IMG/VR virus record: IMGVR_UViG_3300008055_000147
Source of the DNA: a virus
Strand: one strand, 5' to 3'
DNA length: 44,468 bases
The position numbers were made by a program, and so were the translations under genes. The notes below the pieces were generated by a model, which saw only the letters and a program-made list of their open reading frames with translations, was not told the DNA's origin and searched no databases. Numbering within the stretch: the stretch's first letter is position 1; every line of letters starts with the position of its first letter. This document shows positions 24,733 to 34,294 of the stretch, piece by piece.

Positions 24733-27700
24733 ATGACCAACTGCGATGACCTGTTCCAACAGATCCAGGACCTTCAGGCCAAGAAGAAAGGACTGTCTGA
24801 TGCGCTGACCCCGCTGATGCAGGCAGATGAGCCACCAGACCCAGCCCGCGTCTTTGTCTTTCGGGATAAGAACGGCCAGCAGATCGAGGCGGATTTTGAT
24901 GATGTCTGGAAGCAGATCAGCCGTGATCCCCTAGCCACCCAACAGTGGGCTGAGCTTGCTGCTGGCAGGGGTGACCTACCTGATGGTGCCAATGGTGAGT
25001 TTGAAAACCTGCGGCAGATGGTGAGCCGCATGGGAATGACCAATGCCACCGACCTGGCGGCATTTATGCAGAAACTGACTGGTGACTGGGCTGAGGTGAA
25101 CACCCCAGACTTTGTTGCTGTCACCGCCATCAACAACAAGGAGGTGTTCCTCGATCAGCTGCAGGGTGCCTTCAGCGAGGCCCGTGTAGCGATTGGCAAG
25201 GACAAGATCAGCCAGCTGGTGGCCACCAACGTGGCGCCATTCCTCAACATCCTGCAACGACAGAGCAAGTTGCGGGTAGCTGGTGCCCTCACCCGTCAGA
25301 CGTTGCACGACTCAATTGACCTGCTGAAGCAGCAGATCGCCGCAACTGGCGTTAGGCCCACCCGTGAGGCCAAGGCTCAGTTCTTGGATGCCTATGCCAA
25401 GGCGATCTTTGCCCACCGCTCTGAGCGGATTGCGTCCCGTCGGTCTGGCCAGTTGCTGCAGAACTACCAGCGCATGGTCGCGGAGGACAACGGAGTACCT
25501 GGCTCCCTGTGGCAGGACACCGCTGATGAAGCCAGGGCTGCGGCTGATGCATTGGCTGAGGAGACCATTGCCATGACCCCAGACGAAATGGTGAAGGAAG
25601 GCAGCATCCCCCGGCAGGTGGTGGAAGCAGCCGACAAGGGTGAGGCAGGCATCAAGGACCTGGAGGAGATCCAGCTGACGTTCAAGATTGAAGGGGTGGA
25701 CCCCACCACCAATGATCTGGACAAGGGCTGGGAAAACATCTGGAGGCGTTCAGCCCGTGCTGGCTACAAGGATTCGATCCTGTTTAACCCCCGCACCCAG
25801 CTGGTGATGAACTACCTAAGCCAGAAGGTTGTCTTCCTGGCCGAGGGAGCCAGAAAGGTTGCAGGGGAGAACGCCTGGAAGTTGTATGAGGGCCGTGCCC
25901 GTGGAGCACAGCTGGACGCCCTGGGCGGTGACCCTGTTGCGCTGAAGACAGCAAGGAAACAGCCGATCTACGTCAACCCCCTGGCTACTGGCTTCTTCCG
26001 TGATGCCCTTAAGGATCAGCTGGATGGTGCGCGTATTGCTGGTGAAGCCGGCCTGCGGGCTGAGGCAATCATCAAGCAGTCCTGGGGCGAATCCCTTAAG
26101 CGCAGCTTCATGGGCGACGAAGCACCTTTCGCAGGCAACGTCGATAACTTTGCGGCCAAGGGTCAGATGGACCTGGACACGCAATACAGGGCAGCGCAGG
26201 AAGTATTGGATGAACCATGGGACCCCAAGCGATTCCATTTCCAGCTGCGGGACAAAATCCACATCGGCTTGAAGGTGTTTGCTAACAGCAAGATCGAGAA
26301 GGCAACTGGCCAAAGGCTGCCGGTCTATTCAGCTCTGCAGATGATGACGGCAGTGGACCAGCGGGCTGGCCTACGCAACTTCATGACGGATCGGGCTAAT
26401 GACCTGATGCTTGAGCAGGCCAGCCTCAACCCTGGCGGCACCCTCAAGGAGTGGGGAGACGCAGCCGACAAAGCCCTCCAGGACCAGCTGTATCAGGCCA
26501 CCCCGTCTGAGCAGAACATCAAAGATGCCAGGACACAGTTCAGCCTTTCGGAGGAGGACTTGAGCGACGACGAGGTGGCTGCCTACCTGGCGGCAGAGAA
26601 GATCGGGCTGCCGGTGCTGGCCACTCCAGATCAGGTCAAGTCAAAAGACTTGTCAATTGCTATGCGGATGCAGAAGCAGCAGACAGAAGGCGTTACGGGT
26701 GCCATCAGCAAGTTTGCAGATCAGGCCAGGGCCAATGAGTGGGTGGACTCCCAGCTGCCCTTCTGGCGGTCTCCCTACAACCAGCTGGTGTGGGATGTCT
26801 CCATGGCCAATCCATTCACCCCGATCAGCAAGGTTGCTCAGGTGGCATGGAACCTGCCCCAAGGCAAGGTGACTCCCAAGCTGCTGGCTGAAGCCCAGGC
26901 CAGCACCATCATCTGGCTGTCAATTGCAGGGGCGGCCTACACCATGCGCGAAAACGGCTTGATCGTTGGCAATGGCCCGGTTGACCCCAATGCCCGTAGG
27001 CAATGGATGACTGGGCTGAATACACAGGGGAAGGTGCCCAACAGCATCCTTGGCATCCCTTTCAACATGGGCGGGATACCAGTGCTCAACAGCATCTTCA
27101 TGTTGGTTGATGCCATGGATGTCATTGACCAGGGCAACGTCAGCGAATACGACCGGATGAACGCCTGGCAGGGCATGGCCCAGGTCGGGGCTGGAACCAT
27201 CATGCGGATGCCTGGCTTCCGTCAGGTGCAGATGATTTATGACGCCTTCTCCAATGGCAATGAGAACGCCATTCGGAAACTGTCTGGCTGGTTCCTCAAT
27301 GGTCAGGCCAACCCAACATCAGGTGTTGAGCGATTTGCTGAATGGGCTTCCGGCACTGCTACCAGCAACCTGCAGCGCCCCCGTGGGTTTACGGGCGGCG
27401 ATGAGCGGTGGGACCTGAGCCAGCTGCCAGCTGATCACCCCCTGCGCGGCGCTTACTACGGGATGCAGAAGTGGATCTATGAATCCAACCCAGGCGTAGC
27501 CCATTGGACTGGTGTACCGATCAAGGAGGCCACATGGCTGGGGCGTGAGATACGTCGCCCTTCAGGGATCTTCCGTGGCGAATGGCCCATTGGCGTCCCT
27601 GGCATCTGGGAGTTCAACAAAGGTGACCACAAGACTGAGACCAAGCTGGAGCAGCTGGGCCTGCTGGACCCACCCAAGGCGTTGATGACTGGCCAGCTCG

Positions 27701-28215
27701 ACGGAGTGCCCATGCTTCCCGATGCCGAGCAGGAGTTCAACAGCTACCTGGGTACGGTCAAGCCAACAAGCACCTACTCCCGCGATCCGCTTGGCGGGTA
27801 TGTGGTTTGGTCAGGCGAGGAAGCTGAGAGAAAGGGCCCTGGTGGACGCCCAAGCGGCACGGTGCAGGAGAGGGTCGATCTAACCAGGCTGGTGGATCAG
27901 GCCGTCCAGGGCCGCACTGTGCGCGAGGCGCTCCAGTTTGTGTTCGACAGCCCCCAATGGCGGAAGTGGGATTCCAACCCAACCTTTACCACTGACACAA
28001 GGGTGAATGATCGCCCCAAGGACATCATCCAAAGACAGCCTGGACCCACCGTGACGCGGAAGATCAAGGAGTTCTACGCACAGCTTGCCCAGCGACAGAT
28101 GGAAGAGAGCAACAGCCCTGCAGCACAACAATGGAGGGATGACAGGGCCATCCTGGAGCGCGACCCAGCCACTGTTAGGCCAGCACAGCAGTGGCTGCAA
28201 GAGACCATGCGGTAG
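24733..28215 (+). CDS. internal virion/core protein D (T7 gp16-like by position)
   Basis: 1160 aa, the last large gene before the fibre. No lytic transglycosylase motif recognised. Confidence 0.55.
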   Translation: MTNCDDLFQQIQDLQAKKKGLSDALTPLMQADEPPDPARVFVFRDKNGQQIEADFDDVWKQISRDPLATQQWAELAAGRGDLPDGANGEFENLRQMVSRMGMTNATDLAAFMQKLTGDWAEVNTPDFVAVTAINNKEVFLDQLQGAFSEARVAIGKDKISQLVATNVAPFLNILQRQSKLRVAGALTRQTLHDSIDLLKQQIAATGVRPTREAKAQFLDAYAKAIFAHRSERIASRRSGQLLQNYQRMVAEDNGVPGSLWQDTADEARAAADALAEETIAMTPDEMVKEGSIPRQVVEAADKGEAGIKDLEEIQLTFKIEGVDPTTNDLDKGWENIWRRSARAGYKDSILFNPRTQLVMNYLSQKVVFLAEGARKVAGENAWKLYEGRARGAQLDALGGDPVALKTARKQPIYVNPLATGFFRDALKDQLDGARIAGEAGLRAEAIIKQSWGESLKRSFMGDEAPFAGNVDNFAAKGQMDLDTQYRAAQEVLDEPWDPKRFHFQLRDKIHIGLKVFANSKIEKATGQRLPVYSALQMMTAVDQRAGLRNFMTDRANDLMLEQASLNPGGTLKEWGDAADKALQDQLYQATPSEQNIKDARTQFSLSEEDLSDDEVAAYLAAEKIGLPVLATPDQVKSKDLSIAMRMQKQQTEGVTGAISKFADQARANEWVDSQLPFWRSPYNQLVWDVSMANPFTPISKVAQVAWNLPQGKVTPKLLAEAQASTIIWLSIAGAAYTMRENGLIVGNGPVDPNARRQWMTGLNTQGKVPNSILGIPFNMGGIPVLNSIFMLVDAMDVIDQGNVSEYDRMNAWQGMAQVGAGTIMRMPGFRQVQMIYDAFSNGNENAIRKLSGWFLNGQANPTSGVERFAEWASGTATSNLQRPRGFTGGDERWDLSQLPADHPLRGAYYGMQKWIYESNPGVAHWTGVPIKEATWLGREIRRPSGIFRGEWPIGVPGIWEFNKGDHKTETKLEQLGLLDPPKALMTGQLDGVPMLPDAEQEFNSYLGTVKPTSTYSRDPLGGYVVWSGEEAERKGPGGRPSGTVQERVDLTRLVDQAVQGRTVREALQFVFDSPQWRKWDSNPTFTTDTRVNDRPKDIIQRQPGPTVTRKIKEFYAQLAQRQMEESNSPAAQQWRDDRAILERDPATVRPAQQWLQETMR

Positions 28216-28266
28216 CCCATCACGGCCTCGGCGGGGCACAATAGGTCAACAGCCATGTAGTGGTCG

Positions 28267-31122
28267 ATGACCGTCCCCATCCCATATAGCTACCGCCAGT
28301 ACGCAGGGAATGGCACAGCCAAGGACTTTGCTGTCCCATTCCCTTACTTGGAAAGGGCTCAAGTCCGCGTCTATATCAATTTGGTCATTGAGACTGGCGT
28401 CTACACCACCTTGCTGGCTGAGGGGACTGGCTACAGCTGGACAAGCAACACCCAGATCCAGGCCGTCACAGCCCCCGCCACCGGCCAGGTCCTAACAGTT
28501 CGGAGGGAAACGCCCAACGGCGAACAGCTGGTTGTGTGGCAAGACGGCTCCAACCTGATCTCAGCAGACCTCAACACCTCAGACCTCCAGAACCTGTACG
28601 TCGTCCAGGAGTGGATTGATTACGCAACCCGGTCCAACGAGGTTAGCCAAGAGGCAATCGCCTCAGCCAGGGCAGCACTGCCCAAGGCTGGCGGCACCAT
28701 GACAGGCCCGATTGTCCTGAGTGGCAATCCAACCGCACCGCTTCAAGCAACACCCAAGCAATACATCGACGCCGCTGATGCGGTGCTCCAAGCGGACGTC
28801 AATACCAAGTGGAACAAGTTCTCCGACACGATTGACAGCACCGAAGCCTGGCTGAGCCAAGACGACAAGGTCTCAACCATCAAGGCATCTGACTTCCAAT
28901 TCACCACGCTGGTCCAGACCGCAACGCCAGCCGGGACAAGCTGGCCGGTGGGCAAGACCTGGCTGCAGAACGACGTCAACAAGACCCTGTCGATCTGGAA
29001 CGGATCCACATGGGTCGGCCTGGCATCAGGTGGCACGTTCACGACGCAGCCCACGACCATTTACGTCGATTCGATCAACGGCAATGACAGCTTTGATGGT
29101 CACCGGATCATCAATCCGATGAAGACCATCAAGGCAGCTGTCGCATCTGCATCAGCTGGTTGGATCATCAAGGTGGTGCCTGGCGTTTACCAGGAAATCT
29201 TGCCCATCGACATCACCGTCGCCAACTTGTCCATTGTTGGCGAGGCCCAGCGGTCGTGCTTTGTTCACCCGACAGTCGCCACGCAGGAACAGATCATGTT
29301 CCGCTGCAACAGCGGCACCTACATCGACGGATTTACGTTTGTGGGCCTCAAGGCCTCTGGGTCCCGTGGTGGCAACGCTGTTGACACCAATGCCACCTAT
29401 GGCTTGCCCACTTCCCAGGGCTGGGTCGCAGGGTTCTACCCCGGTTGCAACATCAAAAAAAGCCCGTACATCAACAACTGCACCAACTTTGCCGACAGCG
29501 GCATCAACAACGCTGCGTTTGACCCCAACAACTACGCAGGTACTGGCGGCGACCTGACCTCTGCCCCAACCGGTGGCGGCATCATTGTCGATGGCTCTGT
29601 CCCAAGCGTCAGCAGTCCCCTGCGTAGCTTCGTTATTAACGAGTTCACCCAGGTGTGCCTGGATGGGCCAGGCCTGCTGGTGTGCAACAACGGTTACGCC
29701 CAGGCCGTCAGCTTCTTTGGCCTGTTTTGTCACTACCACGCCAAGGCGTTGTCTGGCGGCCAGATCAACATGGAGGTCGGCACCACCAACTTTGGTCGCT
29801 ACGGCCTGATTGCTGACGGCAAAAGCTCCGCTGCCATCTTCACGGCCACAGCCAACGGAGCGGCTTCTGCTGGCGCCACAACATTTGCCATTAACGCTCC
29901 GACGGCTGGTGGTTCCTGGTTCGGTGCTGCAACCCGTCCAGCCATCAACATGCTGGTTCAGATTGGCTCCGACATCTACCCAATCCTTAGCGCCACAGCC
30001 AACGGAGGTGGGTGGAACGTTGTCATCAGTCGCCCGGACCCAAATGACCTTTCTGTCAACCTTGGCTTGCTTAACAACCATGCCAACGCAGCGACAGTCA
30101 GCTTCTTCCTGCGGTCAATGGTCAGCACTGCGTCCCACACGATGGAGTACGCAGGCTCTGGCACCAATTACAACGCGCTCCCGGAAAACGGTGGGGTGCC
30201 CATTGAAGCCAACGAATCCATCAACTTGAACAATGGCCGGGTTTGGCTAACCAGCACCGACCAAAACGGTAAGTTCAAAGTTGGCGACACCTTCCAGGTA
30301 AATCAACAGACCGGCGTCGTAACCATTCCTCCTGCTGCAGCTAGCGGTGTCCAGAAAACAGGGGCCACTGGTTCTGCCGTTATTCCAGCGGGCTCAACGG
30401 CTCAACGTGACGCCAGTCCCAACGCTGGTTACTTCCGCTTCAACGTCACCACCACAAAGTTCGAGGGCTACAGCGGCGCTGCCTGGGGCCCGCTTGGGGG
30501 TGCTGCTGCGGGGGTTTCGGGCTCCATCCAGGTCAACAACGGTTCTAATGAACTTGGCTTCATTGCCAACCTCAAGTGGGATGCGACTAACACCGAGCTA
30601 GATGTCCCTGGCAGCATCAACCTTGACGACGGGGGGACATTCACCACAACCCTCCAGACCATCACACCAACGGCTGCGCGGACGATCAGCCTGCCGGATG
30701 CCACTGGAACCGTTGCACTCGTAGCGGGCAGCTCTGGGGCCATTCTCTACAACAACGCTGGGGCACTGGCGGGTGGACCGCTTTACGACAGCACCAGGCT
30801 CACGCTTGGCTACGCCATCGGTGGAACGGTCACCCAGGCAACCAACAAAGCCACAGGCGTCACTTTGAACGGTGCGTCTGGTCGCATCACAATGAACGGG
30901 GCATCACTTGCTCTCGACACCACCGTTACCTTTACACTTACCAATAGTTCAATTACCGCCAATGATTTGCTGATCTTGAATCACGTCAGTGGTGGCACAG
31001 CAGGCTCGTACCTGCTCAATGCCCAAGCCGCTGCTGGATCAGCCACCATCAATGTTCGCAACATTACAGCGGGCATTTTGAGTGAAGCCATTGTCATTGG
31101 TTTCGCTGTTATTAAAGCCTAA
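28267..31122 (+). CDS. tail fibre/tailspike (gp17-like N-terminus plus right-handed beta-helix domain)
   Basis: N-terminus YSYRQYAGNGTAKDFAVPFPYLERAQVRVYIN is typical of the T7 gp17 adaptor domain. TIYVDSINGNDSFDGHRIINPMKTIKAAVASASAGWIIKVVPGVY is typical of the start of a pectate-lyase-like beta-helix. Confidence 0.85.
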   Translation: MTVPIPYSYRQYAGNGTAKDFAVPFPYLERAQVRVYINLVIETGVYTTLLAEGTGYSWTSNTQIQAVTAPATGQVLTVRRETPNGEQLVVWQDGSNLISADLNTSDLQNLYVVQEWIDYATRSNEVSQEAIASARAALPKAGGTMTGPIVLSGNPTAPLQATPKQYIDAADAVLQADVNTKWNKFSDTIDSTEAWLSQDDKVSTIKASDFQFTTLVQTATPAGTSWPVGKTWLQNDVNKTLSIWNGSTWVGLASGGTFTTQPTTIYVDSINGNDSFDGHRIINPMKTIKAAVASASAGWIIKVVPGVYQEILPIDITVANLSIVGEAQRSCFVHPTVATQEQIMFRCNSGTYIDGFTFVGLKASGSRGGNAVDTNATYGLPTSQGWVAGFYPGCNIKKSPYINNCTNFADSGINNAAFDPNNYAGTGGDLTSAPTGGGIIVDGSVPSVSSPLRSFVINEFTQVCLDGPGLLVCNNGYAQAVSFFGLFCHYHAKALSGGQINMEVGTTNFGRYGLIADGKSSAAIFTATANGAASAGATTFAINAPTAGGSWFGAATRPAINMLVQIGSDIYPILSATANGGGWNVVISRPDPNDLSVNLGLLNNHANAATVSFFLRSMVSTASHTMEYAGSGTNYNALPENGGVPIEANESINLNNGRVWLTSTDQNGKFKVGDTFQVNQQTGVVTIPPAAASGVQKTGATGSAVIPAGSTAQRDASPNAGYFRFNVTTTKFEGYSGAAWGPLGGAAAGVSGSIQVNNGSNELGFIANLKWDATNTELDVPGSINLDDGGTFTTTLQTITPTAARTISLPDATGTVALVAGSSGAILYNNAGALAGGPLYDSTRLTLGYAIGGTVTQATNKATGVTLNGASGRITMNGASLALDTTVTFTLTNSSITANDLLILNHVSGGTAGSYLLNAQAAAGSATINVRNITAGILSEAIVIGFAVIKA

Positions 31123-31144
31123 CCCCCACACACGAATTATCATC

Positions 31145-31423
31145 ATGGCTCAATTCACGATCGACATCCCCGACGAACTACTGCCTGCCCTGGTGGTTGA
31201 GTTCGGTCTTGTTCAAGGCAGCACGACTGCCACCACGCCTGAAGAGTATTTCCAGGCCAGCATTGTTGAGACGGTGCGTCAACGCGCTGAGATTTATAAA
31301 GTTGGTCCGTACTTCACGGGACCTATTGATCCTCAGTACAACGCTGATGGCACCCCGTTTGGCGTTGTCCCTGAACCCCCGCTAGACAGCGACACTGCTC
31401 CGTTGGTTGAGGAGGAAGTATGA
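31145..31423 (+). CDS. hypothetical protein (92 aa)
   Basis: ATG at 31145 (MAQFTIDIPDELL...). The stop overlaps the next start. Confidence 0.5.
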   Translation: MAQFTIDIPDELLPALVVEFGLVQGSTTATTPEEYFQASIVETVRQRAEIYKVGPYFTGPIDPQYNADGTPFGVVPEPPLDSDTAPLVEEEV

Positions 31424-32235
31424 CGCTGATCATCAGCAAAGTCTTCACCTACGACACGGATGCTAGTGATTACATTCAGCGGGTCGAAGGAGCTTCTGGT
31501 GACAATCAAGCTCTGGAGCCCGCAACAAGGCAGGCCATCAACAACTTCGTCATTGGCTGCAAGCAGGACGGCATCTGGGACGCCATTAAGGCCAGCTGCA
31601 TCTTGAGTGGGGCACGGACGCTTCCGGGGGCGTTAACAACGCTCAAGCCAGCATCAGCCGGTGGAAACGTTGGCCCGACAAGCAACGGCGGATTTGGTCC
31701 TGGCGATTACAATCGGAAGACTGGATTGGTGGGTCAACCCTCCAACCCTAGTTACTTAAATAGTAACCGCGCCGCAAATGCAGATCCGCAAAACAGTTTT
31801 CACGCATCTTGTTTTATTTCTACGGTGCAAAGCAATGGCAAAGCTTTAATGGGTGCTGTTACAACAGGCCCATTAAATAGAATGGTTCAACTAGCGATTG
31901 ATAACGGTCAAGATGTTTGTGCGATCAGATCGGACGGCACCTTGCCCTCAACTAGGCCATCTCTTTCTTTTGCTACAGGTTTCATGGGAGGCAGCAGGCC
32001 GTCTAGCGCAACTTTTAATTTTCGCTATGACAATACTCAGTTGACAAAAAACGAAATTAGCTTAGCGCCGGCTGCTTTGGACATTTTTGTATTTGCTCAA
32101 AACCTAAACGGTAGTGTTTCTGCTGCCTCCTTAGCCCGCCTCGCTTTCTACTCCATCGGCGAATACCTCGACCTAGCCCTCCTTGACGCCCGCGTTTCAA
32201 CCCTTATTTCCGCATTTGCGGTAGCTATCCCATGA
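31420..32235 (+). CDS. fibre-associated protein (271 aa)
   Basis: Coupled to neighbouring genes in the fibre cluster. The central part (31741-32110) is about 43 percent GC by manual count. Confidence 0.5.
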   Translation: MTLIISKVFTYDTDASDYIQRVEGASGDNQALEPATRQAINNFVIGCKQDGIWDAIKASCILSGARTLPGALTTLKPASAGGNVGPTSNGGFGPGDYNRKTGLVGQPSNPSYLNSNRAANADPQNSFHASCFISTVQSNGKALMGAVTTGPLNRMVQLAIDNGQDVCAIRSDGTLPSTRPSLSFATGFMGGSRPSSATFNFRYDNTQLTKNEISLAPAALDIFVFAQNLNGSVSAASLARLAFYSIGEYLDLALLDARVSTLISAFAVAIP

Positions 32236-33038
32236 GCCCTTTAACTGAACCGACCAGGCTTGTGTTGCGCAAAGGAATGGGCACTTGGGCCGAAGGCGGC
32301 GACAATGTTTATTACATCGACGTGGCCGGTGTTGCTTACCGTGTTCACGAATTTAAGGCCGTTGGCACCACGTCGCTAAATGTTGTGAGTGGGGGCACTT
32401 TTCAATACCTGATTGTTGCTGGCGGGGGTGGAGGTGGAACTGGCGGTTATACGGTTGGTGGAGCCGGAGGTGGAGCCGGAGGATTTTTAACAGGAACAAC
32501 TGCTCTAAGTATCGGAGTATTCACAGTCAATACTGGGGCTGGCGGGGCTGGATCGGATCTTGACGGAGCAGCCTCAAGTTTTGCCGGAATTACCGCAACT
32601 GGTGGCGGAGGTGCTGTTTCTTTTAGTGATGGTCGCAACGGTGGGTCTGGCGCTGGCGCTCCAGGCGAAAACAGAACCGCAGGAGTTGGCATAGCTGGTC
32701 AAGGCAATAATGGCGCAATCGGGCGAGGTCTTGTCGGCAATGTCTCCACTTCTGGTGGCGGTGGCGGTGGTGCCGGTGGGCCTGGTGTCAGACCGAACCC
32801 CGGCCCAAACAATCCGGGCCCCGGCGGCGTGGGCTTAGCTTCTTCTATTTCTGGAACTTCCGTCGTTTATGCAAGCGGTGGTCAAGGCTCTATTAACATT
32901 GTCTTTACTCCGACTAATGCGCCTGCCAATAGCGGGAATGGAGGAGGAGGAGGAGGAGGAGGAACTAGCACAACTCTTCCAGGCCAATTAGGCGCTGCTG
33001 GCGGCTCCGGCATCGTCATCGTGAGGTACGCAATATGA
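32232..33038 (+). CDS. glycine-rich domain protein (fibre-like)
   Basis: YLIVAGGGGGGTGG..GGAGGGAGG..GGGGGGAG..GGGGGGGG..GSGIVIVRY is the typical phage glycine-rich domain architecture. Confidence 0.65.
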   Translation: MSPLTEPTRLVLRKGMGTWAEGGDNVYYIDVAGVAYRVHEFKAVGTTSLNVVSGGTFQYLIVAGGGGGGTGGYTVGGAGGGAGGFLTGTTALSIGVFTVNTGAGGAGSDLDGAASSFAGITATGGGGAVSFSDGRNGGSGAGAPGENRTAGVGIAGQGNNGAIGRGLVGNVSTSGGGGGGAGGPGVRPNPGPNNPGPGGVGLASSISGTSVVYASGGQGSINIVFTPTNAPANSGNGGGGGGGGTSTTLPGQLGAAGGSGIVIVRYAI

Positions 33039-33102
33039 CACCCGTTTCAACCCCCTCTCTTTATCAAACTCCTCCCTTTTCCTTTTCCTTCGAGGTGCTG
33101 TC

Positions 33103-33777
33103 ATGAGTTGGATTATTACGCCGCAGCAGCCGGTGCCCGTAGATCCGATCTACGGAAACGTGTCTCTGTTGCTTCACGGCAACGGCACCAACGGTTCCAC
33201 CACGATCACCGACAACAGCCCCAGCCCAAAGACGGTTACCGCTGTTGGCGGCGCCAAAATCAACACAACGCAAAGCAAATTTGGTGGATCAAGTATTTCT
33301 TTTAGAATAGTAAGTGAATCTGCTTACCTAGACATTCCAACGCTATCATTTGCAGTCGGTGAATCGTTTACATTGGAAGCTTGGTTGTATAAAACATCAA
33401 GAGACGGCACCGGCTATAGTAATATCTTTTCAGGGGGCGGGCCTAATCAATTCGGATACGACCTAACTACAGAGTCAACGATTTTTATGTATATTGCTGC
33501 CGGATTTGGAGTGGCAGAATCTGGCACGGCTGTTACTTATAATAATTGGCTTCATTTAGCTTGGACTAGGGACGGCGCAACGTGCCGAGCTTTTGTCAAT
33601 GGTGTTCAGCAAGGTACAGGCACAAGAAGCGAAGCCTTTACCATTTCGCGCATTGGCGCAACGTCTTCTGGTGCGCAAACCGTAGGCGGTTACGTTGACG
33701 AGCTTCGCATTACCAAGGGCATCGCCCGCTACACCGCTAACTTCACGCCCCCTGCTGCCCCGTTCCCGGACGCCTGA
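33103..33777 (+). CDS. LamG/concanavalin A-like lectin domain protein
   Basis: LLLHGNGTNGSTTITDNSP...FTLEAWLY...NWLHLAWTRDG...FVNG...GYVDELRITKGIARYTANFTPP is the typical Laminin_G_3-type pattern. Confidence 0.75.
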   Translation: MSWIITPQQPVPVDPIYGNVSLLLHGNGTNGSTTITDNSPSPKTVTAVGGAKINTTQSKFGGSSISFRIVSESAYLDIPTLSFAVGESFTLEAWLYKTSRDGTGYSNIFSGGGPNQFGYDLTTESTIFMYIAAGFGVAESGTAVTYNNWLHLAWTRDGATCRAFVNGVQQGTGTRSEAFTISRIGATSSGAQTVGGYVDELRITKGIARYTANFTPPAAPFPDA

Positions 33778-33781
33778 GGCC

Positions 33782-34051
33782 ATGACCCCTAGCCCCACCC
33801 ACCGGCCCCGTAGCATGTGTTTGCCTGAGGGGTCCAAGCCGGTAAACTGCACAGATGTAGAGCTGTTGTCCGTGGACCCCGCCACCCTCGCTGCCATTCT
33901 TGGTCTCGGCGGTGCCGGGGTCTCTGCTCTCTGGAAGATTGCCGCTGGCCTAGGCAAGTTTGAGGCCAAAACGACCACCATCCTTGGCGCGATGCAGGTC
34001 ATGCTGCAGGACCATGAGGAACGCCTTCGGGTGATGGAGCGTAGGTACTGA
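33782..34051 (+). CDS. small membrane protein (holin candidate)
   Basis: ATG at 33782. One hydrophobic helix (LAAILGLGGAGVSALWKIAAGL) and a charged C-terminus. Lies at the end of the late operon. Confidence 0.45.
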   Translation: MTPSPTHRPRSMCLPEGSKPVNCTDVELLSVDPATLAAILGLGGAGVSALWKIAAGLGKFEAKTTTILGAMQVMLQDHEERLRVMERRY

Positions 34052-34063
34052 CTTGCCAATGTG

Positions 34064-34079
34064 CTCCACCCCCGTAGCG
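34064..34079 (+). promoter_or_regulatory. phage-RNAP-type promoter-like motif (CTCCACCCCCGTAGCG)
   Basis: Lies in the 49-bp gap, 21 nt before the ATG at 34101. Confidence 0.4.
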
Positions 34080-34100
34080 TGGGGCAACTGCCCCTAAGCC

Positions 34101-34286
34101 ATGGACCGCTTTGCTCAGTACGTCGCCTTGGTGATTGCGCTGCACGGCGCCGCCCTGGTGATCGTCAACCTGACCCCTACCCCCAAGGATGACGAGGCCC
34201 TGGGCAATGCCCGGCGTGTAGTGGTCAAGCTGTACCGGGCCATCGAGATCCTTGCTGGGATTATTGGGCCACTGTCCAAGCGTTGA
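34101..34286 (+). CDS. small membrane protein (61 aa)
   Basis: N-terminal hydrophobic helix YVALVIALHGAALVIV followed by TPTPKDDE. It is the last plus-strand gene. Confidence 0.5.
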   Translation: MDRFAQYVALVIALHGAALVIVNLTPTPKDDEALGNARRVVVKLYRAIEILAGIIGPLSKR

Positions 34287-34294
34287 GGCTGCCC

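Noticed and set aside
29050-29058. Single plus-strand copy of CCCACGACC inside the fibre gene, at the boundary between the gp17-like N-domain and the beta-helix (TTQPTTIYVD)
   Set aside because: It encodes ordinary residues (Pro-Thr-Thr) and no in-frame start codon follows. One occurrence is compatible with chance, though an internal-initiation or recombination-junction role cannot be excluded.
29152-30081. 309-aa minus-strand ORF inside the fibre gene. There are similar long antisense ORFs at 20890..21603, 14058..14621, 5249..5758, 23048..23545 and 25816..26313.
   Set aside because: Each is fully embedded antisense in a large gene with a clear structural identity. They have V/G/A/R-rich compositions typical of shadow ORFs in GC-rich DNA.
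32936-32962. Run of AGG/GGA repeats (ggaggaggaggaggaggagga)
   Set aside because: It is in frame within the glycine-rich protein gene and encodes poly-Gly. It is not a Shine-Dalgarno array, a CRISPR array or a functional microsatellite.
33039-33102. Pyrimidine-rich tract (ccccctctctttatcaaactcctcccttttccttttcc) before the LamG gene
   Set aside because: It has no hairpin, no repeat partner and no recognisable motif, so it is noted only as an unusual leader composition.
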